A stretch of DNA of 63,209 nucleotides, filler included. It is 8 parts of 8 records of this genome, joined end to end, with 100 filler letters (N's around TTAATTAATTAA, not from the genome) between each part and the next. Parts side by side here need not be neighbours in the genome. Positions count along the whole stretch, not along the records: positions 24,958 to 33,674 come from SRR31147125_60438; positions 33,775 to 43,729 come from SRR31147125_60574; 6 more parts are not named here. The stretch is one strand, 5' to 3'. This document shows positions 30,997 to 43,600 of the stretch, piece by piece. The number at the start of each line of letters is the position of its first letter. Position 1 is the stretch's first letter. Under the pieces are notes generated by a model. The model ran no database searches, was not told where the DNA came from, and saw only the letters and a program-made list of their open reading frames with translations. A program made the position numbers and the translations under genes.

Positions 30997-31494
30997 ATGT
31001 TAGATATAGTCAGATTGGGAGACGAAGTGCTCCATGAAAAAACGGAACGTATAGATCAGTTCGGACCCGAAATTAAATTACTTGCCGAAGCTATGGCCGA
31101 AGCTATGCATGAAGAGCGTGGAATCGGTCTTGCCGGACCGCAGGTGGGCGTCCTGAAAAGAATTTTTGTCGTAGGATTGCCTGAAGAGGATGATGCACGG
31201 GTCTTTATCAACCCCGAAATCATCGAAACCTCCCAGGAATTGGTTCCCTACGAAGAGGGCTGCCTCAGCATTCCCGGCATGTATTCCGAAGTTATTCGAC
31301 CTGCCGCAATAACCGTACAGGCGCAAGGGGTCGATGGTAAACCGTTTACTTTGCGGGCCGATGGTATGCTGGCACGTGTAATCCAGCACGAAAACGACCA
31401 TTTACAGGGGATTCTCTTTATCGATCGTATCCCGGAAGATCGTCGCGAAAAAATTGTTAAAGTCTATAATAAACGTAACAAAGGCAGGAAATAG
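30997..31494 (+). CDS. def: Peptide deformylase
   Basis: GIGLAGPQVG, EGCLS, QHENDH. Confidence 0.97.
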   Translation: MLDIVRLGDEVLHEKTERIDQFGPEIKLLAEAMAEAMHEERGIGLAGPQVGVLKRIFVVGLPEEDDARVFINPEIIETSQELVPYEEGCLSIPGMYSEVIRPAAITVQAQGVDGKPFTLRADGMLARVIQHENDHLQGILFIDRIPEDRREKIVKVYNKRNKGRK

Positions 31495-32459
31495 TGCGTA
31501 TTCTCTTTGCCGGAACACCGGAGATAGCCGTACCGGCATTGCGGAGAATCGCAGCGGATGAGCGTTTTACTGTCTGCGGAGTACTGACTAATCCCGATCG
31601 AATACGGGCCCGGGGGCGAAAAAGTTTGCCTTCACCTGTCAAAGCTACAGCCCTGAAGTTGGGCTTGCCGGTAATACAGCCGGAACGACTATTGCGGGAG
31701 GGACGAGAAGAAGCCGCAGCGCTGAATCCCGACATGCTGGTCGTTTTTGCCTATGGACGTATTTTCGGCCCCAAATTTCTCTCTCTATTCCCGAAAGGGG
31801 CCATCAATGTTCACCCATCACTGTTGCCGAAGTTGCGTGGCAGCGCTCCGATACAGTTTTCGATTCTGGATGGGCTGGAGACATCCGGTATAACGGTGCA
31901 GCGACTGGCTTTGGAGATGGATACTGGCGATATTCTGAAACAGCGCACTTTCGCGCTCAGTCAACGTGAGACTACCGTGGATCTGACCGAACTTGCGGCG
32001 GAAATCGGTGCTGATATGGCGATTGAAGTGCTTGGTGAAATTCAGCAGGGGATTGAGAAGCCGGCACCTCAGGATGATGAAAAAGCTACCTACTGCAGGA
32101 AACTGGAAAAAACCGATAGGATAATTGATTGGACAAAAAGCGCGGTGCAGTTAAGTCGTGAAATCCGAGCCTACTATCCCTGGCCGAAATCGATGACGAT
32201 GTGGGGTGATAAGCAGCTGATGCTGACCTACGCGCTTCCTTTACCCGAAGATAGATATGGGTTATTGGGTGATAGCTCTATTGATACTATGCCGTCGGGT
32301 ACGGTAATTACCGCCCCGGCATTGAAAGGTGTTGGTATCGTATGCGGGGAGGGAGTACTGCTGGCAACCCATCTGCAGTTGGCTGCCAAGAAAGAGATGG
32401 ACTGGAAAGCGTTTCTGAACGGCAATGCCGATATTGCCGGAACTTGCCTGGGCAGCTGA
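31494..32459 (+). CDS. fmt: Methionyl-tRNA formyltransferase
   Basis: FAGTPE, AYG, NVHPSLLPKLRGSAPI, MDTGD. Confidence 0.96.
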   Translation: MRILFAGTPEIAVPALRRIAADERFTVCGVLTNPDRIRARGRKSLPSPVKATALKLGLPVIQPERLLREGREEAAALNPDMLVVFAYGRIFGPKFLSLFPKGAINVHPSLLPKLRGSAPIQFSILDGLETSGITVQRLALEMDTGDILKQRTFALSQRETTVDLTELAAEIGADMAIEVLGEIQQGIEKPAPQDDEKATYCRKLEKTDRIIDWTKSAVQLSREIRAYYPWPKSMTMWGDKQLMLTYALPLPEDRYGLLGDSSIDTMPSGTVITAPALKGVGIVCGEGVLLATHLQLAAKKEMDWKAFLNGNADIAGTCLGS

Positions 32460-32512
32460 TTCAATTCGACTGAAATATACTGTTACATTGGTATTCTTCG
32501 ATTTATTGTGTA

Positions 32513-32541
32513 TTGACCCTGCTGACAGAGAGTCCTATCAT
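32513..32541 (+). promoter_or_regulatory. Sigma-70-type promoter, probably leaderless, for the patatin gene
   Basis: TTGACC-N17-TATCAT, 6 nt before ATG 32548, no SD sequence. Confidence 0.6.
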
Positions 32542-32547
32542 TAACCT

Positions 32548-33674
32548 ATGTCGGGCAAGCAGTTTTTTTGCATTATTATCATACTCATTATTTTTACTGC
32601 TACTGCGATCTCCGCGGAAGATTTTGTACCGAAACGCTGGCAGCCGGAGCATGATCAGGATGTTCCCAAGGTAGCGGTAGTGCTGTCCGGGGGAGCCGCT
32701 CTAGGCATATCTCATATAGGTGTACTCAGGGTACTGGAGGAAGCCGGAATACCTATCGATATGGTGGTGGGAACCAGTATGGGCAGTCTGATCGGAGCCC
32801 TCTACAGTGCGGGATATTCGCCGGGAGATATCGAGGAAATAACCTCGGAAACCAACTGGACCCGCCTTTTTACCGAACCGGATTCCTTTCTCTCATATCT
32901 CTCCGGGCCAGTAATCGATGACCGCAAGATGCTGATTTCATTCAATTTTGATGCCAAAGGCATAGGACGATCTTTAGGCTTTCTGCCTGACCAGCAGATC
33001 CTGACCAAGCTGTCTAATCTGCTCTTTAACGTCTCTCATATCAGGGATTTCGATGATATGCCGATTCCCTATCGATGTGTTGCCGTCGATCTTTTTACCG
33101 GTAACGAAGAGGTATTCGATTCGGGACGTCTATCTCATGCCGTGCGGGCCAGTATATCAATCCCGGGCATCTTTGCACCGTATCCGGTAGATGGAAACTA
33201 TTACATCGATGGCGGGGTGAAAAACAATCTGCCGATAAATACGGCCATAGAGATGGGGGCCGATATTATCATTGCAGTTAACGTAATGACCACGGTTACA
33301 AATGATATCGAAGGTTATCTCAGTGCTGTCGATATCGCTGCAATAGCTATTGGGTATATGATTCAGTCCAATGAGGAGATGAATGAGTCATTGGCTGATC
33401 TGGTAATTTCCCCCGATCTGACCGATTTGATTGTAACCGATTTCTGGCGATCTGATGAGTTGGTTCAGCGCGGTAAGGAAGCCGGGGATCTGTATGCTGA
33501 TGAGATAGCCGAATTGGCTGAATTTATTGGTCAGTGGCGGGAGCTTGAGTCTAATGACCCTGATAGGAAAGGTGCGTACTATGATCTGCCTAAAGCCGTT
33601 GCTGTGGATACAGTTTTGGTTGATGAAGAGGAGTTCCTGCCGCTTGGGTTTTTCACTCCGCTGCTGCACCAGCC
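32548..33674 (+). CDS. Exported patatin-like phospholipase (3' truncated)
   Basis: Signal peptide; LSGGAALG, GTSMG and DGG motifs. Confidence 0.9.
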
Positions 33675-33774
33675 NNNNNNNNNNNNNNNNNNNNNNNNNN
33701 NNNNNNNNNNNNNNNNNNTTAATTAATTAANNNNNNNNNNNNNNNNNNNNNNNNNNNNNNNNNNNNNNNNNNNN

Positions 33775-34990
33775 TACAGAAATTGCCAGAGGCAATTTTT
33801 CACATGAAGTAAAAGTGAAATCCAACGATGAAATCGGGCGTATGGCACGATTATTTAATTATATGACAATTGAGTTGCGCCGCCTTGATAACATGAATCT
33901 TGCCAAAATAATTGCTGAACGCAACAAAACACAAACTATTATCAAAAATATTGCTGATGCCGTTATTGTTACCGATCCGGATTCCAACATATTACTTTTA
34001 AATGCCTGTGCGGAACTGTGGTTTGGTCTAAAAGAGGGTGAAACGACGAATAAACCCCTGGCCCAGATTATCAAGGAACCCAGATTAACACGATTGATAG
34101 CTGATGCCGCCTTTGGATCCGATCCTGCGCCTGGTGCCGTTGAAATTAATGTCAAAGTTCCCGGAGAATGGAAACCCAGAATCCTGCAGGCAAGAGCAGC
34201 CCGGGTATTGCAGGATGACAATGAGCTCATTGGAATTGTTTCAATTTTGCGTGATATTACACAGCAAAAAGAAATGGACAAGATGAAAACAGAGCTCGTA
34301 TCCATGGTCGCACATGAGTTGCGTTCCCCTTTGACAAGTATCTCCGGTTTTAGCGAATTACTTCTGGACGCGGATATAACCAGGGATCAATCTGAGGAAT
34401 ATGCCCAAATCATTTTAAAAGAATCCAATAGATTAGGTGAATTGATTAACAAATTTCTGGATATTTCCCGAATCGAATCCGGGCGTATTCAACCAAAAAA
34501 ATCCAATATTGATTTGCTCGAAACTGTTCAAATCGTTGTTGGTAATAATTCTTACATTGCATCCCGTCGTGGTATTCATGTTGAGATTCATACCACAGCA
34601 GATAATTATTATGTCACCGCCGATAGTGGTATGATGGAACAGGTTTTTCTTAATCTTTTTACAAACGCGATAAAATATAGTCACGATAAAACAAGGATAG
34701 ATATCGTATTAAGGCAAAATGACAATGAAGTCATTGCAGAAGTGCACGATCAAGGCTTTGGAATGCCTGAGGAGGCCCTGACGAAAATTTTCGACAAATT
34801 TTTCCGAGTTACTGATGATGAAAAGGTTCGCGAAACCACAGGTTCCGGCCTGGGATTATCCCTCGTCAAGCAAATCATCGAAATGCACGAAGGACGTATC
34901 GGAGTAGAAAGCGAATTAGGCCATGGTTCTGTTTTTTCTGTCTCTTTACCTCGAGCAAAAAACACGAGACCACCATCGTATCTCATATGA
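33775..34990 (+). CDS. HAMP-PAS sensor histidine kinase (5' truncated)
   Basis: HAMP (DEIGRMARLFN), PAS, HELRSPL, NLFTNAIKY, DQGFG, GSGLGL; the frame is open to the contig edge. Confidence 0.92.
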
Positions 34991-35068
34991 AAGACAGTGA
35001 AGAAATCATTCGTTAATTCAATTCATTATAATGCACTTAAAATCCAACAATTAAGGGAAAAAACGACC

Positions 35069-35743
35069 ATGGAAAAAGGAAAGCTGCTTTTGGTCGATGA
35101 CAATTTAGACATGCTTTTGATCGGGCAACGCATTTTTACAAAAGCAGGATATCACTTTATCTCTGCCAGAACAGGTCAGGAAGGATTGGAAAAAGTAAAA
35201 TCTGAAATCCCGGATATCATTGTATTGGATTACATTCTGCCTGATATTAATGGAACAGAATTCATTAAAAGCATTGCTACGGAAGATGACTTTCAGGACA
35301 TAAAACCAATCCCAATTATCATGCTCACAGCCCGCGCAAAATATATTGAAGATTTGGATAATTGCTTTGGCATGAATTTGAAAGCATACCTGAATAAACC
35401 ATTTGGCCACAGAGAACTTGTCAATGTCGTTGATAATATTCTCCGTATAGACAAAGTAGAAAAACGCGCTCAGGAAGTTGCGGAAAATCCGGAACAAATC
35501 AATGTAAAACAATCATTTTCAGTTCCCGACTCTATTGACCCGGATTGGCTTGAGGATATGAAAATTGCATCCAATGCTATTTCATCTTTATGCAGCGAAT
35601 TAACTTCTGAAGAAAACGACAATCTAACCGACCAACAAAGATTGGATATACAGGCCGTCTACAGAAGCAGCTTGAATTTGATTAAACTCATAAATCATAA
35701 AACACCTCAATCAGATAATGTACCGTCAGATTCGGCACTCTAG
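35069..35743 (+). CDS. Response regulator receiver protein with a degenerate DHp-like C-terminus
   Basis: LLVDD, VLDYILPDING, MLTA, KPF; C-terminal helix pair resembles HisKA but has no His. Confidence 0.85.
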   Translation: MEKGKLLLVDDNLDMLLIGQRIFTKAGYHFISARTGQEGLEKVKSEIPDIIVLDYILPDINGTEFIKSIATEDDFQDIKPIPIIMLTARAKYIEDLDNCFGMNLKAYLNKPFGHRELVNVVDNILRIDKVEKRAQEVAENPEQINVKQSFSVPDSIDPDWLEDMKIASNAISSLCSELTSEENDNLTDQQRLDIQAVYRSSLNLIKLINHKTPQSDNVPSDSAL

Positions 35744-36183
35744 AGATCCACAAAAAGCAATCTGTCTTTATTGGTGTATTGTTTTCTTTCAATCTCCAAC
35801 CTGTATATTTATACTCTTTATGGATTCAACTGGCAGTACAATTCCCTCCATTTAATATATTAAAGTTTATTTTTTTTGATGTTCCATCAAAAAAATGAGG
35901 CCGAAAAAGATATTGGATGCTCTTTAAAGATATTCAAGATGTTTTTAGGTTCTTAAAATTGTATATTACTGTTATGATTGCACGAAAAAACAGAAACAAC
36001 GGGTAAATAAAAGCACTCTAAAAAAAAATCTCTATTACAGTATTTTTAATATAATATAACGCAATCTGTCTCAGAATATCTGAAATGTTGAGATGATACT
36101 TGTGGCATATATTGTAATATTTATAGCGTATTAGGCGATTAATCGGATATTATACAACATTCTATTATTTTCAGGAGTATTTC

Positions 36184-39100
36184 GTGACTTTTTATGATAG
36201 ATTAAAACAAGGCACTATTTTATTTGATGGCGCCATGGGAACTCAGATTCAAGCGTTGAAGCCAACGGACGAAGAGTGGGACGGAAAGCTTGGCTGCAGT
36301 GAAGTTTTAAACCTCACAATTCCCGATAAAATACAAAAAATACATGAAGCCTATTTCAAAGCCGGATCAGACGTTGTAGAAACAAATACATTTGGTGCAA
36401 ATGATATCGTTTTATCCGAATACGAATTACAGGACAAGGTCGTCGACATTAATAGAATAGCAACACAAATTGCCCGCAGAGCTGCCCGGAATTTTCATGA
36501 TAAGAAACCACGATTTATTGCTGGTTCCATAGGGCCGGGTACAAAACTCATTTCCCTTGGCCAAACAGATTTCAATTCGATGTATCGATCTTATTCCAAT
36601 CAAGCCCAGGGTCTCATCGAAGGGGGTGTTGACCTATTCGTGGTTGAGACCTGCCAGGATCTCTTACAGATCAAAACCTGCCTGTTAGCTTTGACAGATA
36701 AAATAAAAGAACATGACGTTAATATCCCAATCATTGTTTCTGTCACAGTTGAAACGACAGGCACACTCTTGATCGGAAGCGAGATTAATTCTGTTTTGAC
36801 AAGCCTCGAACCCTTTGATATTGATGTGTTGGGTATGAATTGTGCCACCGGGCCAAACCAAATGCGTCCCTATATGAAGCAGATCTGTGCTCAATTTAAT
36901 GGACCGACTCTTTGTCAGCCAAATGCCGGTTTACCGCAAAATGTGAACGGCGAGATGGTTTACACGTTGCCTGTTTCAGAATTTGTCGATATCCTGGCTG
37001 GTTTTGTTCAGCAGGAAGGTGTGAACATCGTTGGTGGATGTTGTGGTACAACCCCGGAGTTTATAAAAGCGTTACACGACAGGTTGACAACCATAAAACC
37101 AGCAGAAAGAAAGCCCGGACAACCCCCGGCAGTTGCATCCTTATACAGCGCTGTTTCACTGCGGCAGGATCCCCCTCCTTTTTTGTAGGAGAACGAGCAA
37201 ATACCAATGGCAGCAAAAAATTTCGCGACTTTTTGCTGAATAACGATTGGGACGGAATATTATCTGTTGCAAGAGAACAACAAAACAGCGGTGCTCATGG
37301 GCTGGATCTTTGTATAGCCTATACCGGTCGTAATGAAATTTCAGATATGGAGACTGCAATCCGTAAAATCGCCACACAAGTGGATTTGCCATTGTTTATT
37401 GATTCCACGGATGCTGGAGTGATAGAGAATGCACTTAAATTGTATGGCGGCAGAGCCGTCATAAACTCGGTTAATCTGGAAGATGGTGAAGAACGAGCCA
37501 ATCAAATTTGCAAATTGGCAAAACGATTTGGCGCGGGTTTAATAGCTTTAACAATCGATGAATCCGGTATGGCGCATGAAGTCGGAGAAAAAGTGGACAT
37601 TGCCAAAAGAATATATGACATAGCAGTAAATAAAAATGGTCTCCGTCCACAGGATTTAATATACGATACACTTACATTTACTCTTGGAAGTGGAGATGAA
37701 ACTCTAAAAAATGCCGGTATTAATACCCTTGAAGGTATTCGTCAAATAAAAAAATCATTGCCCGGTGTATATACAATATTAGGGCTCAGTAATATTTCAT
37801 TTGGACTCAACCCATATTCACGGGAAATATTAAATTCTGTATTCCTTGCGGAATCCCTTAATGCGGGTTTAGACCTCGCAATCGTCAATGTTAAAAAGAT
37901 CATGCCGTTGTACATAATTGACAAGGACGATCAGCAAAAATGTCTAAACCTGATATATAACAAGGGTCATAAAAATCCTCTATTCGATTTTATTGAACAT
38001 TTTGATAGAAAAGCTGGAATCGCTGTCAAAAAAGATGTAGAAGATAAAAAGCTACCTCTGGATGAAAAAATAAAACAACGAATTATCCAGGGCAATAAAC
38101 ACGGTCTAAAAGATCTTTTGCAACAAGCTCTTAAAGAGATGAAACCTCTGGAGATCATTAATAATCTTCTCATACCAGGCATGAAGGTCGTTGGAGACCT
38201 TTTCGGTTCCGGCCAGATGCAGCTGCCATTCGTGCTGCAATCCGCGGAAGTAATGAAATATGCTGTGGATAAATTAAAGCCCTTTATGGAAAAAACAGAT
38301 ACCCAATCCCAAACATCGATTGTTTTAGCAACTGTGAGAGGTGATGTCCATGATATCGGCAAAAACCTGGTTGAGATCATTATGAGTAACAATGGTTATA
38401 AAGTATACAATCTTGGCATCAAATGCGAGATCGACACCATCCTGCAAAAAGCGCTGGAAGTGAAAGCAAATGCCATTGGTATGAGCGGCTTGCTGGTAAA
38501 ATCCACTGTAATCATGCAGGAAAACCTTGAGGAGATGAGTAAACGAAATATTCAAATACCTGTTCTTCTGGGAGGTGCTGCTTTGACGCAAAGCTTTGTT
38601 CAGAATATTTGTAGTCCAATTCTGGAGGCCCCGGTTGTTTATTGTGCTGATGCTTTTGCAGGTCTGAACACAATGGCCATGATTAAAGAAGGACCTCTGG
38701 CAGAGAAAATTGCAGAGCAGCAAAAGAATAAAACAAATCAAACTAAAATCAAACAAACAGCTAAACCTAATATTGTTGTCGAAGAAATATACCGTGATAT
38801 CAACATTCCAAATCCGCCATTTTGGGGAACAAAAATAGTGTCAGACATAAATCTGGATACTGTTTTTTCATATTTAACAGAATCCGTGCTATTTCGTGGT
38901 CGCTGGGGATATCGCCGTGGCTCCTTAAGCCGGGAACAATATGATTCGCTTTTAGAAAACACGGTCCGTCCTGAATTTGAACAATTAAAACAGTATTGTA
39001 AAGAGGAGCAATTATTAAATCCAGCCCTTGTGTATGGTTATTTTCAATGCCAGAGCGACAAGGAAGATTTAATTATTTATAAAAATAACAGCGATGAGGA

Positions 39101-39599
39101 ACTATTACGTTTTTCATATCCACGTCAGAAAAAACCACCTTTTCGTTGCATCGCCGACTTTTTTCTGCCTAAAGAATCAGGGCAAAAAGATGTAATCGCT
39201 TTACAAATCGTCACAGTTGGAATGAAAGCACAGGAAGAATCGCAACGATTGTATCGCGGAAATGAGTATAAAAAATATCTCATGTTTCATGGTCTGAGTG
39301 TTGAATCAGCCGAAGCATTGGCCGAATATTGGCATCAGCGAATCCGCCAGGAACTGCAGATTACCGAAGAAGACGGCAAAACCATAGAGGATTTTGTTGT
39401 GCAAAAATACAGAGGTTCCCGCTATTCATTTGGCTATCCTGCCTGTCCGGAATTGAGCGAAAATAGAAAAATGTTCCAGTTGTTGCAGCCGGAACAAATC
39501 GGGATTTCTCTTACAAGTGAAGATCAGATGGTGCCGGAACAGACAACATCAGCGTTTATTGTTCACCATCCACAGGCTAAGTACTTTACCATTAATTAA
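36184..39599 (+). CDS. metH: Cobalamin-dependent methionine synthase, frameshifted at T6 37179-37184
   Basis: DGAMGT, GMNC and GGCCGT (Hcy domain); GERANTNGSKKF (folate domain); GDVHDIGKN (B12 domain); RYSFGYPACP (activation domain); one added T fuses the two ORFs. Confidence 0.93.
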
Positions 39600-39627
39600 A
39601 TAGAACAACCAACTCGGGAGGATAACT

Positions 39628-39786
39628 ATGGAAAAGTATATTTGTAGTAATTGTGGCTATGTCTACGATCCGGAAGTCGGTGATCCTGAAAACGGCATTC
39701 CTGCAGGCACGCCATTTAAAGATCTGCCGGACGATTGGGTCTGTCCTGTTTGCTATGTAGCTAAAGACCAATTCGACGAACTCTAA
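39628..39786 (+). CDS. Rubredoxin (52 aa, below the ORF-track cutoff)
   Basis: [52 protein letters not shown]; two CxxC motifs; GGAGG RBS. Confidence 0.96.
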   Translation: MEKYICSNCGYVYDPEVGDPENGIPAGTPFKDLPDDWVCPVCYVAKDQFDEL

Positions 39787-39959
39787 TCCGCTTTTTTTAA
39801 CTGGTCGACATCACTTTACAGCGTCATAGCGGTTTGAAAATGTATTCACATGCACTTCTTTTACCGTAGGTGGGAGAATCGGATTTCTCGGTTATAAATC
39901 ATGCTCACTGGTGTTCATTAATCAGAAATCCGAAACCCTCGGCGGTGAGAGACCGGAAA

Positions 39960-40619
39960 TTAATCCAACTGTACAATCTCGTTTTTAATAGCATATTTAA
40001 CCAAATCAGCAAAACTGCTCAACGCCAGTTTTTCCATAATATTGTAACGATGCGATTCTACAGTTTTACTGCTGATATGCAATAATTTGGAAATTTCCCG
40101 ATTGGTGTAACCCTCTCCTAATAACTTTAGGACTTCTATTTCTCTCTCGGTTAATGGACTTTTTTTATTTTCCAGGTCTTGTGCAGGCCTGGACTGGCTT
40201 AGCCAACTGGATACTATCGTACTTGAAATAGTTGGACTGATAAAAATGTTGCCCTGATGCACGGCTCTAATACTTGCAAACAATTCTTCCGAAGCCGACT
40301 TTTTTAAGAGATAACCGGAGGCTCCATTTAGCAGGGATTGCCGGATATATTCCTCTTTATTATACATGCTTAATATAATAACTTTGGTAGCAGCAGAAGA
40401 CTTTTTAATCTCTTTGATAGCTTCGAGACCTCTGAGTTTCGGCATGGCCAGATCCAATATAACAATATCCGGCTGTAATTCCCTTACCTTTTGAATCGCT
40501 TCCAGCCCATCGCCTGCTTCACCCACGACTGTCACCTCTTCCATGGTGGCTAATAATTCACTTAATGCCTGCCTCACTAAAACATGATCGTCAGCCAGGA
40601 TAATTCTTATGGAATCCAA
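39960..40619 (-). CDS. NarL/LuxR-family response regulator
   Basis: ADDH, ILDLAMP, C-terminal LTEREIEVL...TVESHRYNIMEKL. Confidence 0.94.
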   Translation of the reverse strand: MDSIRIILADDHVLVRQALSELLATMEEVTVVGEAGDGLEAIQKVRELQPDIVILDLAMPKLRGLEAIKEIKKSSAATKVIILSMYNKEEYIRQSLLNGASGYLLKKSASEELFASIRAVHQGNIFISPTISSTIVSSWLSQSRPAQDLENKKSPLTEREIEVLKLLGEGYTNREISKLLHISSKTVESHRYNIMEKLALSSFADLVKYAIKNEIVQLD

Positions 40620-40622
40620 AAC

Positions 40623-43600
40623 TTACTCCTCCCTAATTGGAATTGATGCTTTCACCGTTGTTCCCAATCCCGGCTCTGATTCTATTGAAAATGTTCCACC
40701 CAACATTTCGGCTCTCTCCCTCATGTTGCGCAAGCCAAAACCTGTAGATTGTTTGGATTTTTTTTGTTCTTCTAAATGAAAGCCTGTACCCCAATCTTTT
40801 ACCAGTAAATCTATCCATTTTTTTCTCTGTTCAAATCGAATAGATATTTCTTTTGCTTTGGAATGCTTGAGAATATTGGTGAGAGATTCTTGAGCGATGC
40901 GAAACAGCGCCGTCTCGGTATTTTTAGACAAATTCGCCGTTATATTCGTATGCTGAAAATCAACATGGACATGCCATTTTTGTGAAAATTCCCGGGCCAA
41001 ATCATCCAATGCGACAATTAAACCAAAGTCATCCAACAAGGGTGGTCTGAGATTGTGATACATGTCCTCTGTTGCCTTCATAGCCTCTGAAATCGTACCC
41101 TGGGCATCATATAATAATTTCAGGGCTTGACTACAATATTGATGTTGTACAGCCTTTTCCATGGCCGCAAGGTTCAATTTTAATGCTGTTAAATATTGCC
41201 CCACAGAATCATGAATTTCCCGTGATATTCTTGTACGCTCGTCTTCCTGTATTTGTACAAGCTGTGCTGATATTTTTCGTGATTCCTCATAGGCACGGAT
41301 TTGTGGTGTGAGATCAATGTTTATCCCCACAATTCCAATTAATTTTTTATCACCTGTTATAATCGGGCCCAGAACAGTTGAATAATATATGGTTTGGTCA
41401 TTTCCTCTAATTGTTTTGAAAGAAAATTGTTTCGTTTCCTTTGTCTCAAAAACCTCTACAAACGCGTCCATAAGCATTTTGGACATTTCTGTTTCTTTAA
41501 ATGCTTCATATGGCGTCTTTCCGATAATGTCCCCCCACATTTGTCTATATTGTGTATTGGCATCATAAAAGCGGCCATCGAGATCCAAAACAAAAACCTC
41601 ATTGGGAAAATTGCCAAATAATGAACGATAGCGCGCCTCACTCCTTTTCAGGGCTTCGCTGGCTCTTTTTTGATCATGTACATCTCTTACAAATCCTTCA
41701 ACACCAACCACAATCCCATCTCGCATGACTCTTCTGGCATTGACCGTTATCCAAAATTCTTCACCATTTTTCCTTTTAGCGATAACGTCCACGTAGGGAA
41801 TAGACTCACCACCCATAACCTGATGAAATACATTTTCACCAATTTTTTTATATTCATCATGCAAAATAAAATAATTTGGCTTTCCCAAAATTTCTGCACG
41901 TTTGTACCCGAGCATGAGTGCAAAAGAATTATTAATATATTCATAATTATTGGTAATACCTAAAAAGTAATAACCATCAATGGATCTTTCAATACCATCA
42001 CGAAATCGTTTTTCAGACTGATCAACCCGCTCCTGTGCCAGCTTTTGATCTGTAATATCCCGTCCAACACCGATAATGGCTTCGACTTGCTTATCTTTGT
42101 TTAACACGGCTGTATCCAACCACGCAATCCATCGCCATCCGGTATGGGTCATGGCCCGTTGTTCCACATAACAGCTAAAAGGATGTTTGTACAAACTTTC
42201 CATCGCTTTGGCTGTGCGTTCTCTGTCATCCTCATGCACAAGTGGCATAAAAGTCTTTCCCAAAAGTTCTTCTTGTGTCTTGCCAAACACCTTGCAATAG
42301 GACGGACTCACAAATAAAAAATGTCCCTCTAAATCCACTTTAACAATAAGATCTGTCTGGTTTTCAACCAATAATTTATAATTTTCCTTACTTTTCTCAA
42401 GCGCGACCTCTGCATTGTGGCGCTCGGTAATATCTCTGGTCATAACCAAAATGGCATAAACATTTTCCTGTTCATCTTTTAACGGGACCAAATTTGTGTC
42501 TGTCCAAAATCTACCACTAGGAAATGTAATCTGATGCTCATGCGTAACAGCTTTTTTCTCTCTTACAACCTGTCGCAATCTTTTTTTGAATTGTATGACA
42601 TCTTTTTCCAGGAATATATTATCCAGTTTTTTGCCGATAATCTTGCTGACATCGCCTCTCAAAAACTGTGCCGAAAAAGAATTCGCATATTGTACAATAT
42701 TTTCCAGATCAACTATGACAATTATATCATTTGCAGCTTCAGTTAAAGTTCTGTAGAGTTTTTCGCTTTTTTGTAATGCCTGTTGTTCAAATATCCGATC
42801 TGTCTCATCCCGAAAAAGTCCCATAGTTCCTATAATATGTCCGGATGTATCTGACCATGGTGTTGAAGTAACAAACAACTTTCGAATTTCTCCGTTTGGA
42901 CGGGTAATTTCGGCCTGATAAGCCCTTCCGGTATCTTCAAAACTTAACAATGTCTTGGCCTGAATCATTGTGAACGTTTCCGGACTGGTAAACTCGTTCA
43001 GGTTTTTGCCAACCAACCCATCGCCCTCTGTTCCAAAGATCTCTTCTGCTACTGTATTACAATACAATATATTTTCATTCAGGTCCAAATACATAATACC
43101 ATTCTGTTGTCTTTCTAAAAGCTTTCGATAAAGTTCCTCATTCTCTTTTGTGGCCTCTTCAACAAGTTCTCGCCCCAAATAGGAACTGATTATATCTGCA
43201 AAAATACGTATTAAATGAATCTCTGTTTGCCCCCATACTCTCTCATTTCGAGTATCATCAAATCCCAAATACCCATACAGCTTTTGCTCAACAAACAATG
43301 GCACTATAAACAAAGATTTAATTTGTCTCACTTGCATTAAATGGCGTTCGCTTTTTGCTTCTTCAGGTAGCGTTGAAATAGAGCCGTGAAGAATAATTTC
43401 ATTATTTTTTAATTTATTCATCCAATAGGGCATAATAGAACTGGATATGACCTGGCGATCATTGATTTGTTGTTTCTTATTGTTAGCACACCAATTATGC
43501 GTGTTTACCTGCTTTTTCAGATCTTCCTGAAACTGATAAATATAAGCCCGGTTCACACCAATGGCTTTCGCTATTTCTTCCAGACACAAGTTCAGATTTG

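Noticed and set aside
35744-36183. SAM or cobalamin riboswitch upstream of metH
   Set aside because: The region is AT-rich and I see no SAM-I core or B12-box motif; an Rfam scan would settle it.
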